From: Chrysomallon squamiferum
Lineage: Eukaryota; Animalia; Mollusca
Direction: 5' to 3'
DNA: 64,000 nucleotides
NCBI GenBank assembly: GCA_012295275.1
Contig: CM022665.1
Span: 682,001 to 746,000, forward strand
In this document: positions 51,201 through 64,000 of the stretch, in pieces
Numbering within the stretch: the first letter of the stretch is position 1
Layout: the number at the start of each line of letters is the position of its first letter
The notes under the pieces: generated by a model
Told to the model about the DNA's origin: nothing
Databases searched by the model: none
The model's input: the letters and a program-made list of their open reading frames with translations, nothing else
Translations under genes and position numbers: made by a program

Positions 51201-53872
51201 TTAAAATTATTACCTTTTTGTTACTAATATTATAAAATATTTATTTATTTTTTGTAATACAGAAACCTCTGATATACCTGACAAGATTTAAATTAAAAAT
51301 GTAGAAAACGTTTGGTAATTTTTACTTTCATCTTATTTTTTATTTTATTTTTTATTAAGAATATATATATATATATAAAATACATGTCTTATTTGATTTT
51401 TTAATTAAATTTTATTTAATTAGTTATTTTATTTAGTTTTGTTTATTTATATGAATTATATTTTTTATACTAAAACATGCATTTTTTTAAATTTAAATAA
51501 CAACTAAGTACTTCATGTACATGACAAACGTTCTTTTATATTATTTTCCTATATGCGTGAATAAAATGTACCCAGATTTGAATAAACATTTCTAAGTCAT
51601 TTTATTATGATATTTTTTCTGCTTGGCGGTGTGAAAAGTTGCTGTTAGACACAGTATGAACACTTAACAGTTTCGCAGTTGGACTCTGTATATTCAGAAT
51701 ATTATGTAGAATCTGTCGTTGTTGTTGTGATAACATTTAGATCATGATGCATTCGAGAAAATCGTCAAATTCTTCTGGCATCTTACAATTTAAATATGTC
51801 TTTTCTTTTATTTATTTATCAGAGGGTATCGTTGAAACTTTACACCAGTTTTCATAGTGCGGTAACAAAAGGTGCTGTTACACACAATATAAACAGTTTA
51901 CTGTTTTGGAAGTCGGCTCTGTGTATTATAATATTATACAGAGTCAGTTATTGTCAGTGTGCTACCAGTTAGATCAGTTCTATTTATGTCAGAGTTGGTT
52001 TTGTGGACAATGTACAGGAAGATCCAAACATTCCAAATTGACCGCTGTTTAATAGCAAAAGTATTCAAAGAAAATAAACTGAGTTGGTCTTAATAAGGCA
52101 TAAGACAAAGGAAGTTACTATAAGAGAAAGTTTGTGTAAACAATATACCTAGTTGTAATATGAATAATATTTAGTTAACTTTTACTAGAATAAAATATAA
52201 TGTCTTCAACAGATTATAAATAAATCAATAAACATGGAAACAAATTAATCAAAAACTAAATAAATAAATAAATAAGTGAAGATATGTTAAGTTAAATTAA
52301 ATTAAATTAAATTAAATTAAACTAAATTAAATTATGTTTGTTGCCTAGATTATGATATTTTCTTACTAGCGGTTCAAAGTCGCCAAGTTTGTTTATATCA
52401 CTTTGTACACGTAATTTCAGTCACGTGATCGCTACGACATAGAAACGACCCACACACATAGAAACGACCCATCTAATGAATCGAGGTGTCTGAGCTGTTC
52501 TTTACGGAAATAATTTGATTCGGAATTTAGGTAAGTTTACAAAAACTTTAATAACAGTTTTATGTATCTAGTAAGTTATGATATTATTCTCAATAGCAGT
52601 TAGATTTCTGGAATGTTAACAAGTTTATTTATATCACTTTTGTACACGTAGTTTGAAAACGTGATCGTTACGAGGTCGAGAAAACCCGTATACATTGTGT
52701 TATCTATTTTTAATATATCGAAGAGTTTGAGCTGTTCTTTATAGAAACAATGTTACTAGGAATTTAAGTAAGTTTACAAAACTTTTAATAACAGTTTTCT
52801 GTATCTAGTAATTTATGCCTGTAAATATATATTTATTTCGGTAGATAGATTTATGTTTTTTGGTGATGTATGAAATTGATTTTTTATGTTGTGTACATGT
52901 TCACAGCTAATAACGAAGCTTTTCTCGTCGATTTTATTCGATTCAATGAGTGACGTAAAACATTCGATTGTATAGGTAATAGGCACGTAGAACTTGGATT
53001 TAGTTAAGAGTTTAATAACATGACCTGTGTTTGAAATAATAATTGGGTTTTAACATATATTATATATTCAGATAATTTGTTACAAACGGCACCAGAAGGT
53101 CATAAATGTTGACCCGTTTCTGTCCCTACACTTTTGAATATCATTTGTTTATAGCGTAAATGCTAAAACAAATATTTAATATTATTAGATTTATGTTGCT
53201 AACTTTTTAAAATATTTCCGTGTTATTTCTTTCGTTTCTGAAACAGAAACTTATATTTATGACGAAAATATTTCCTGTAACGTTCGAGAACATAGTACAT
53301 ACTTATACGAGAAATTTAAATTATTAGAATTATATATGTAATGGTTTATTATAATTTATAGACATGTACATTTTATGTATATTTTATTTATGGGACACAA
53401 TACAAACAGTTTAATGCTTTGCAACTGGGCTCTATATATTCAGACTATCATACATAATCTGTTCTTGTTATTGTTCTACCATTTAGATCAGTTTTATTCC
53501 TGTCGCGGTTGGTATTATGTATAATATATAAGAAAATCCGAAGATTTAATCGCTGTTGAATAGCAAGTGTATTTAAAGAAAAGAAACTGCAATTCTGTAA
53601 TATAAATATAGATAAGTGTATTTACTGTAATGAAAGTAACATATTATTATATTTTATACGTTTCAAATTAGTCCACTGAGTATAAAATACATGAAAATAT
53701 CACAAATATTTATATTTGTCTGTCAAAAAACCTTTCTACATTTATGAAGAGAAAGTTAAAGTAATACAAATATAAGTAATATTATAATAAGAACTTTCAT
53801 TAAGGCAAAAAAAAGTTCACCATTTAAACAATAAAGCTGGTTGTAGTACAATTAATATTTAGTTAAGTAGAA

Positions 53873-53911
<39 letters not shown>

Positions 53912-55224
53912 GTAAGTTAATAAATAAAATTCCTTAAATAAATAATGAAATGAAATATAGAAACAAAGAAATAAATTAAAATAAATGTTTGTTGTCTAGA
54001 GTATCAAATTTTTCTGATGAATAATATTTAGTTAACTTTTACTAGAACAAAATAGAATGTTTTCAAAAAAAATAAAATAAATAAATAAATAAAAAAGTAA
54101 TAAAATGAAAAATGGTTGTAGCCTAAGTTATGAGATTATTCTAAACAGCAGTTAGATTTCTGGAATGTTACCAAGTTGATTTTGTACACGTAAATTGAGA
54201 CACGTAATCATTACGAGGTCGAGACAACCCGTACACGTTTTATTTTCTGTTTTTAATATATCGAAGAGTTTGAGCTGTTCTTTATAGAAATAATGTTACT
54301 AGGAATTTAAGTAAGTTTACAAAAAAAAAAATATTAACAGTTTTCTCTATCTAGTTATTTATGTCTATAAATATACATTTATCTCTGCAGAGATATTTAA
54401 ACTTTTTAAATGTATGACACTAATTTAACATTACTTCCTTGTTTACGTTGTATAAAATTTCTCAGCTATTAACGAAATTTTTCTCGTCCATTTTGCTGGA
54501 TTCAGTGAGTCATGTAAAACATACTTAGACATTGGATTTAGTTACAGAGTTTAATAACATGACCAGTATTTGAAATAATAATTACGTTTTAACATATTAA
54601 ACTTCTATGACAGAGATACTGATCTTAATGAAAATAGAAGATGTCACGGTATGTTATTAGAAAAGTGTAGGTTTACCAAAAAAACATTAGACACATCGCA
54701 TAGCCCAAAATCGGAATATCACAAAAAAATTTGAAGATAGAAATATTGAAGAATTTTACGTCCCAGAAAATGATATTTTAAATGAGTTCGTGTCAACAGA
54801 ATTAAAATTTACAAAAATCTTATTTCATTTTATTCACAAATCTGAAGGACTGAGTTGCGTTCTAAGTGAAACAACAAGAAACACAGAACGTGCAACTGTA
54901 GGTATATTGTAGATTTATTTCATTGTACTTGATTTATTTATCTCGTTAGTTAGTTTTCTTTTCTTCGTCTTCTTCTTTTTTCTTATGCTGTATTTTTCTT
55001 TACTATTGTTTTCGTTATTATTATTATTATTATTGTGTTGTTGTTACTGTTATATTATTGATGCTGTCATTTCCTAGTATTATTATTGTTATTATTACTG
55101 TTATTGTTGTTGATGTTATTGCAGTTATTATTGTTAGATTCATAAAAGGATGTAAAGAGTCAAGTTATTTTTATGAAAGTCTACAAACCATTTGTTTCAA
55201 AAGTTAGGTGAAGCAAAGTATGCA

Positions 55225-55260
<36 letters not shown>

Positions 55261-55670
55261 ATTACACAGACACACACACACTCACACACACACACACACA
55301 CACAATCAAAAATACGTCTAAACTTATTAGTTTTACGTTGTTAACTTTATAAAATATTTCCGTGTACGTCTTTTCTTTTGTGAAACTGAAACCTCTGTTA
55401 TTTGTGACAAGGTTAAAAATGCAGTAAAAGGCACACCTACAAAAACACGCCGATAAAAGCGGGCCAACATAATAGCTGTGTCAGTGCGCCGTTAGTACGT
55501 ACAGGTCAAACTTTTGATCAAACTTTAATCCTGACACAAAAGGAATCTGTGATAGGTTTTGACAGTATAGTGAACCACTGTCAAAACTGTTATTTGTGAT
55601 CATGAAGTTTAAAATAAAAGCACGCCTTCATAAGAATCTCGACATGACTGCACAGCCTTTTTTTGTATAC

Positions 55671-55709
<39 letters not shown>

Positions 55710-58700
55710 GCAGTTTATAACTTTACTTTTTTGTTTAACATTGTTAACATTTTCACAGCTAATAATGAAGCTTTTCTCGTCGATTTTATTAAATTCATTG
55801 GCTCATGTGAAACATGCATAGACCTTGGATTTAGTTTTAAGAAAGGTTTAATATTAAAACTAGTATTTTAAATAATGATTACGTTTTATCCTGTTTTACT
55901 ATATTCATGTAATAGAGAAAAATGATTTTCTTTTTTTGTATTTGTTACGAGCGACAACGAGAAGGTCACAAAGATTTGTGTCTATTCTTTAATATGGTTC
56001 TAAATAACTGTTAGACGTGTACAGAGTAAGTAAGTGTTAAGACAAATATTTAAAATTATTAGATTTATGTTGCTAACATTATAAAGTATTTGTTTGTTCT
56101 TTCTCTCCTTCCTTTGGGAAACTGTTAAAAAGCAATAACTGTTTTTAGAATTGAAGACCTACTATTCCTGATTATTTTCAGTTAAAAATGTCAATGGACA
56201 TTTTTTTTAAATAATTTTTACTACTACTACTATTATTATTTACTTATTTATTTATTTATTTTATTATTATTATTATTATTTATAAAAACAGGATATCTTC
56301 ATCAGTTTGTTACACAAACTCAAAACTTAGATGCCTAGGTCATGGACTATACTGATTTTAATGAAGTTACCAAATATCCAAGTGAAAGAAAAATGATTTC
56401 ATAAATTCTCTGAAAATGATAGGGATTTCAGAAAACTCCTTGTTTCTGAATTTTACAGTAAAATATACAAGACAAATCAGTTAGCTAAGAATAAAATGTA
56501 AAAACAAACTAATAAACAAACAAACAAACAAACAAAAAGAAAAGACAAGAAAATATACCTACGAATATGTCGAAATTCTACTGGTATCTTATAATTTAGA
56601 AATAATTTTTATTTATTTATTTATGAGAGCGTATCAGTAAACTTTTGCACCAGTTTTCACAGGGCGATAACAAAAGTTACTGTTAGACACAAAATGAAAA
56701 GTTTACAGTTTTGCAAGTCGACTCTGTATATTCAGAATATTATACAGAATCAGTTTTTGTTATGTGCCACCATTTAGATCAGTTTTATTCCTGTCAGAGT
56801 TGGTTTTATGTATAATATATAGGAAAAATCCAAAGATTCCAAATTGACCGCTGTTTAATAACAAGAATATTCAAAAAAAATAAAATATAGAATACTCTAA
56901 TATTAATAAATATTAGTGTATTTGTACTGTAATGAAAGAAATATATTTTAATATTATTATTTTAGTCTACTGAGTACATGAAAATATTATAAATGTTTGT
57001 ATCTGTCTATCAGAAAATATTTCTAGATTTATGAAGAGTAAGTTAAAGTAATAAAAATGGAACTAATATAAAAATAACAACATTTAGAAATTGTTTATTC
57101 AAATCTTAGTTGGTCTTATTAAGGCATAAGGCATAGGAAGTTGTTATATGGGAAAGTTTGTCGTGTAAACAATGTACCTAGTAATATTTTGTTTACTTTT
57201 ACTATAAGAAAAAAATGCATTTTATTCAACAAACTGTAAATAAATAAAATAAAATAAAACACATCAATAAATAAATGAAATGAAATATATAAACAAAGAA
57301 ACAAATAAAAAATGAAAAGATTTGTGGCTAAGATTATGAGCAGTTCAATGGTTTGCTAAGTTTATTTATATCGTTACGACGTAGTGACCATCCATAAATA
57401 TTTTGTTGTCAGTTTTTAATTCACCGATGAACTTGAGCTGTTCTTTACAGAAATAATTTCATCTGGAATTTTTAGAAGTTTATGAACATTTTAGTAACAG
57501 TTTTCTATATTTGGTAATTTATGTCTGTAAATATACATTTATGTCTGTAGATATATTTATATTTTTTAAATGTATGAAACTGGTTTCAACATTACTTCCT
57601 TGTTTACACTGTGTACATTTTCACAGCTAATAACGATTTAATTTAGACCTTCGATTTAATTTAGTGAAAAGAGTTTAATAACATGACCAGTGTTTGAAAT
57701 ATTTATTAACATATTTCATTATATTCAGATAAAAGAGAAAACAACCGTTTTTTTTGTATTTATTATAAACGACAACCAAAAGGTCGCAAATACTGAAGTA
57801 TCTCATTATCACCCTTCTTCAGTATCGTGTATAGAGTGAGTGTTCAGACAAACATTTAAAATTGTCAGCTTTATTTTGATATCATTGGGAAATATTTCCG
57901 TGTTCTTTTTTTCTTTTTTTTCTGAAACCGAAACCTCTATTTTTACGACTAAAATATTTCCGGTCACGTTCGAGAAAAATCAAAGGGAAAAATCGATGTG
58001 TTTATCAGTGTGTTTGAGCTGTCATTTACATAAGTCATCTGATTAGGAATTTAGGTAAGTTAATAAACATTTTAATGTTTTCTTCATCCAGTAAAGAGAT
58101 ATTAATGAAACTAATTTTAATTTTTCTTCCAAGTTTCATAGCACATATCGAAGCTTTTCTAGTCGATTTCATTCAGTACAAACACGTATGTAAAAAGCAC
58201 ATTGGATTTACTTGAAGGAGATGAATAACAGGACCAATATATGAAATAAAAATTACACATTTGACTACCTTCAAATCGACATTCTTTTGTATTTGTTAGG
58301 AGCGACAACGAAAAGGTCACAAATATTGACCCGTTTGTGTCGCCCACTTCTTGAATATTTTTCTCGGTAACTTAGGAGTGTATAGAGTAAGTACTAAGAC
58401 AAATATTTAAAATATTTAGCTTTTTGTTACTAACATTATAAAATATTTCCGTGTTACTCTTTTCTTTTGTGAAACTGAAACCTGTATTATGCCTAACAAG
58501 ATTTAAGTTAACAGTGTAGAAAGCATTTGATAATTTTTTTAAATTAAATTTTATTTAATTAATTATTTTATCTAGTTTTGTTTATATGTATCTTTCTAAA
58601 TAAATTATATTTTATTCTACAAAAAAATGCTCATATTTTATTTAAATTAGTAAGTTATGAGATTATTCTCAATAGCAGTTAGATTTCTGGAATGTTAACA

Positions 58701-59435
58701 AGTTTATTTATATCACTTTTGTACACGTAATTTGAAAACGTGATCGTTACGAGGTCGAGACAACCCGTATACATTGCGTTGTGTATGTTTTAATATATCG
58801 AAGAGTTTGAGCTGGCCTTTACAGAAACAATGTTACTAGGAATTTAAGTAAGTTTACACAAATTTTAACAACAGTTTTCTGTATCTAGTCATTTATGTGT
58901 ATAAATATATATTTAATTGTGCAGAGATATTTATTCTTTTTAAATGTATGAAACTGATTTTAATATTACTTCCTTGTTTACGTTGTGTAAATTTCCACCG
59001 CTAATAACGAAAATTTTCTCGTCCATTTTGTTCGATCCAGTGAGTCACGTAAAAGATGCGTAGACACTGGATTTAATTTTAAAAGGTTCAATAATAAGCC
59101 AGTATTTTTACACATTAAATTGTTGCTATCGTCAGATAAGAGAGAAAACGAACTTCTTTTCTAATAGAATAAGTCTAACACAAATATATAAAATGATTAG
59201 CTTTGTGTTTCTTTGTTTTTTTGTGGGTTTTTTTGTGAAACTCAAACGTTTGCGGACGAAAATATTTTCTGGAACGTTTGAGAACAGTGCATATAATTAT
59301 TTACTACTCAGTGTAATGTTAACTTTGCACTGCAGCATAATGTTTGCAAATAATTAAATCCGACTTATTAAAAATGTATTCTAATTTAGGATTATGACTG
59401 CACATTGACAATAGAATATATTGTACTCTGCAAAA

Positions 59436-59472
<37 letters not shown>

Positions 59473-61209
59473 ATATATAATAAATAAAAGTGCACAAAAA
59501 ATAAATGAAATAAAACACATAAAGGAAAAAATACATAAACATATAAACAAAATATACACATAAAGCAACAACGAAACAAATAAAAGAAAAGAAAAGAAAA
59601 TGAAATAAAACATAAAAGAACAAACAAATAAATAAATAATATAAAATAAAACAAAATAAAATAAAATAAAAAATGGTGATAGCCTAAGTTATGATATTAT
59701 TCTCAATAGTAGTTAGATTGTTACCAAGTTTATTTGAGTCCCGTGATCATTATAATGTAGAGATAACCAGTAAATGTTGTGTTGTCTGTTTCTAATATAT
59801 CAAAGGGTTTCAGCTGTTCTTTTCAGAAATAATTCGATTAAGAATTAAGTAAGTTTATATTAAAAAAATAATAACAGTTTTCTGTATCTAGCAATTTATG
59901 TGTGTAAATATATATTTATATATGTAGAAATATGTATATCTTTTAAATGTAGGAAACTGATTTTATCTTTATTTCCTTGTTTACATTGTGTACATTTTCA
60001 CAGCTAATAACGAAATTTTTCTTGTCGAATTTGTTCGATTCAATGAATTACGTAAAGCATGCGTAGACACTGGATTTAGTTACAAAATAATAATAATAAA
60101 AGTTTAAAACAAGACGAGTATTTTAACACAATAAATTTATATTATACTCAGATAATATAAAGAAAACAACTTATATGATTAACTGATAATTTATTCTAGG
60201 TAAAACTGCTTATATTTTACTTAAATTACAACTAAGTACATAATTTTCATGGGAAACTTTCTTGTAGATAATTTTTCTATATGTTTCAATAAAACGTATC
60301 CAGATTTGAACACAAATTTTCTAAGTATTTTTATTTGATATTTTTCTACTGGGCGGTAACAAAAGTTGCTGTTAGACACAAAATGAACAGATTGCGGTTT
60401 TGCAATCAGCTCAGTGTATTCAGAATATCAGATAAAATAAATTATTATAAAATAACTTCTATTTTTGCAACGGACTAAACTATTTCCTGTAATCTTTGAT
60501 AACAGAGAACATAATTTCTCGTGAAAATCAAACGAAATATCGATGTGTTTGAGGTGTTCTTTACAGAAATAATGTGATTAGGAATCTATACAGACATTTC
60601 AATAACAGTTTCCTTCATCCAGTAATCATATATTTATGTCTGTAAATATTCTGATACTTTTGCAAATATATTAAACCGATTTTAACTTTATACCCTTTCA
60701 CCATTGTTTAACTTTGTGTACGTTTCATATTAACTAGAGAATCTTTTATTCAATACCAAAACTCACGTAAAAAGCATACTGGATTTAGTTGAAATAGATG
60801 AAAAACAGGATCAGTGTGTGAAATAAGAATGACATTTTATCACATTTTACTATCTTCAGACAGTAAAGAAACTGACCTTCTTTCGTAGTTTTTACGAGCG
60901 ACGACGAAAAGGTCACAAATATTGATCCGTTTTTGTCACCACTCTTCTTCAGCATCGTTTAGAATAATAGTTAGAAGTGTACAGAGTAAGTGTTAAGATA
61001 AATATTTAAAAATATTAGCTTTTAGTTGCTAACATTAACATTTCCGTGTACTTCTTTTCTTTTGTGAAACTGAAACTTCGATTATAACCTAAAAGATTTA
61101 AGTTAAAAATGTAAAAAACATTTGGTCATTTATTTTATCAACAACAGATAAAAAAACAACCAAAAAAAACCCCTAAATAAATAAAGAAATATATAAAGAA
61201 ATAAATAAT

Positions 61210-61248
<39 letters not shown>

Positions 61249-62230
61249 TAATAATAATAATAATAATAAATGTATACGTCTTATTTTATTTTAACTTTTT
61301 TTTTATTTCGTTATTTTTATTGTTTTTATTATTTCTTTTTCCCCTCAAATTGAATGCTGTTTGATTGCAAGAGTATTAAAAGAAAAAAACCATAATAGTT
61401 GTAATATAAATAAAGATTTGTGTATTTGTCTGGTAAGAAAACTAATATATTTTAATATTATTATATTTTACACATTAATCCACTGAGTATAACGTACATG
61501 AAAATGTTACAAATATTTATGTTTCAGAAAAGATTTCTAGATTTATGAAGAGTGAGTTAAAGTAATAAACATAAAATTAATATTATAATAACAACATGTA
61601 AATGTGTATTCAAATCCGAGTTGATCTTATTAAGGCAGAAAATATAACAAGATACTATACGAAAAAGGTTTGCCGTGTAAATAACTTTTACTAGAATAAA
61701 ATACAATGTATTCAACAGATTATAAATAAATAAATAAATAAATAAATAAATTAAAAAATAAAATGATATATAATGAATTAAAACATATAAATAAACAAAT
61801 AAAATAATAATAAAAAGACGATGTGGCCTGACTTATGAGATTATTCACAATAGCAGTTCATTTTCTAGAAGGTTGCCAAGTTTATTTATAGAACTTTGTA
61901 CACGCACTTTGAGTCACGTGATCGCTGCGACGTAGATACGACCCATTACGTTTTGTTGTCTATTTGTAAAGTGTCTGTGCTGTTCTTTACAGAAATAATT
62001 TCATTACGAATATAGGTAAGTGTATAAACAATTTAATAACAGTTTCCTGTTTTACCATATCCAGATAACAGAAGAATAAGAAAAAAAAAAAACATTCTTT
62101 TATATTTGTTACGAGACACAAAGAAAAGGTTACAAATACTGACCCGTTTATGTCGCCCACTTTTTGAATATTTTTCTAAATAATTGCTAGGAGGGCACAG
62201 AGTAAGTGTGAAGAGAAATATAGTAAAAGT
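48230..62230 (+). repeat. Old degenerate modular repeat block (several 100-400 bp modules re-used in the same orientation)
   Basis: gagctgttctttacagaaataatg-like motif ~13 times (~48893, 49296, 50135, 50817, 52492, 52729, 54272, 57435, 58017, 58810, 59812, 60551, 61979); gtcacgtgatcgttacga-like ~8 times; gcgacaacgaaaaggtcacaaatattgaccc-like ~8 times; taccatttagatcagtttt-like ~5 times. Confidence 0.88.
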
Positions 62231-64000
62231 ATGTCTTACAGTTTTATTAATTCAGCAGTCACATGTGGATGTAGCTGCTTAATGTCAGCACTGAATATCG
62301 CCTTTGAATAGTTTATATTTATGACAAACTTCATTTACATCAATAATAATATACAAACTTTCAATACAGCTTTGTAGTTTAAAATTTAGGAGAACACACA
62401 GTCAGACTACACTAGAATTAAGTTTAATTTATTTTACGACATTGCAACCAGAGATGTCATGATGACATACAGTAAACACACTGATAATTCTTACCTGCAT
62501 GATTTACGACCAATATATTTATCCAAGTATGTAATAATTAACATATATAAATTGCTGTTACTTTACTTTCACGACTGAAAGTATGAGTTGATTTTTCTGT
62601 TTTGATTTTACTTATTAAAATACGACTACGTATGAGTAGTTACAAAATAGGTTATGGACAAAGTTCTGAAAAACGCTTAGAAGTATATTATTCTTATAAA
62701 ATTGTTTTCTCACCTTTTCTTTCAAACATTTAGTTATCTGTCACTAACAACACGAAGACTTTTAAAAACAGCAGTTTTAACAGTCTCTTATACGGTTGTA
62801 TTCATTGTCTTCTCAACAAATGTTTATCAGTTTGTCAAAGTGAAAACTTGAAGTAAACAAAGAAAATCGACCAAAATATATTTGAGCATTCGTATTAGTT
62901 TTAGTGATTTATATTACTGAAAAGTAGTAAATAAATTTTACTGGCATATAAAGGCATTGGTAATACTTGACAATACTAGAAATGTTTATCTTTACTTATG
63001 TGATTGAAACTACATCTCTAGGACTTCAATCTGCAGTGAAATTTCTCAAGGACAGCAAAGCAGGTGGGCTTCAGATTCGTAATTATTTCCTAAATTTCTT
63101 TTACAGTTGTCAAGAATCAACGTAGTTTCTGGTAAACGGGAGTTACTTTGATATTTTAAGCTAAACCTTCAATTTTTACTTGCATCGGCATTCAAAGAGT
63201 ATTTAATTAATTACTAATACCAGTAATACATATTTTTAGTATTAGTCTTTGGTTTATACTTTCTGTGTTTGACTAACCGAAACTTCTACTTCAAACAAGC
63301 GACTAAAATATTTCCTCGAAAGCAAGATAACAGTGTATTTAATTATTTTGCACAGGATTAATTCATATGAAAGGACTCCGTTGTCTCCTTGAGGAATTAA
63401 GTAACCTTGTCAGTGACTTTCTCCGGTAAAGAAAGAAAGACAAGTCATATACATTTGTATTAATATATTTTATATTTTATCAAATTTAAGATATCAAACA
63501 GAACATTTGTGAAAAATACTTACAGCTATAAAATGTCAGTTGTATAATGTTACAGTGGTAAAGAGTCTTCCTGGACATAGGGTTACCCACAATCGACTGA
63601 TGTCAAGTATAAAATGTTTTTATCAATTTCGTATTACAGAACAAAAAGATCAACTGAGTGAAATGGCAGTATCAAACTATGTCATCAACCTGTACAACAC
63701 TGCAGCACCACTACAATTTACAGACTTCATTTTTTCAGGTAAATTTGTTAGTTTAAAGATTTCTCAGCTGTAATGAAAAACACAACATTTTGCTACGTAA
63801 GTCCTGATTCATAAACTGAATGATATCAGATCAAACTGATAGTTCAGTAAATTCAGCAGTAATTAACATTTTAGCAAGAACATAACTGCATAATTCGTGC
63901 TTTGGAACGATGTCTCACTTCAGAATTTTTAATTCTCTATTTGGTTTACAAGTGATCTCTGCTACTTTAAATGTTTCTTAACTATACACACATAATATTA

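Noticed and set aside
48890-62030. Spliced-leader RNA or U7 snRNA gene array in the distal repeat
   Set aside because: A donor motif recurs, but there is no convincing Sm site or stem-loop arrangement, and the copies are too diverged for a functional snRNA array.

Overview
AT-rich, intron-rich metazoan (invertebrate-like) genomic DNA, not prokaryotic. From left to right it contains: (1) an intact five-coding-exon UFSP1-like (Ufm1-specific protease) gene at 5095-9112 (+); (2) a >21.5 kb tandem array of ~1.14 kb units (14291-35863) that runs into a 200-N assembly gap and is preceded by older degenerate copies (~12650-14290); (3) after the gap, decayed intron-containing fragments of a Slit gene (-) and a type IV collagen gene (+), two MULE transposase relics, and a ~14 kb degenerate modular repeat. 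The main finding is that the array is not a plain satellite. Each unit carries five pre-miRNA-like hairpins with a near-invariant 22-nt 3' arm (UAGCACUAGCAAAUGCUGGGAG) and divergent 5' arms and loops that still pair with it, plus a TATA-like spacer. This gives about 95 hairpins of one candidate miRNA, an architecture analogous to the vertebrate miR-430/miR-427 mega-clusters. All folding, translation and homology calls were made by eye; no database search was run.
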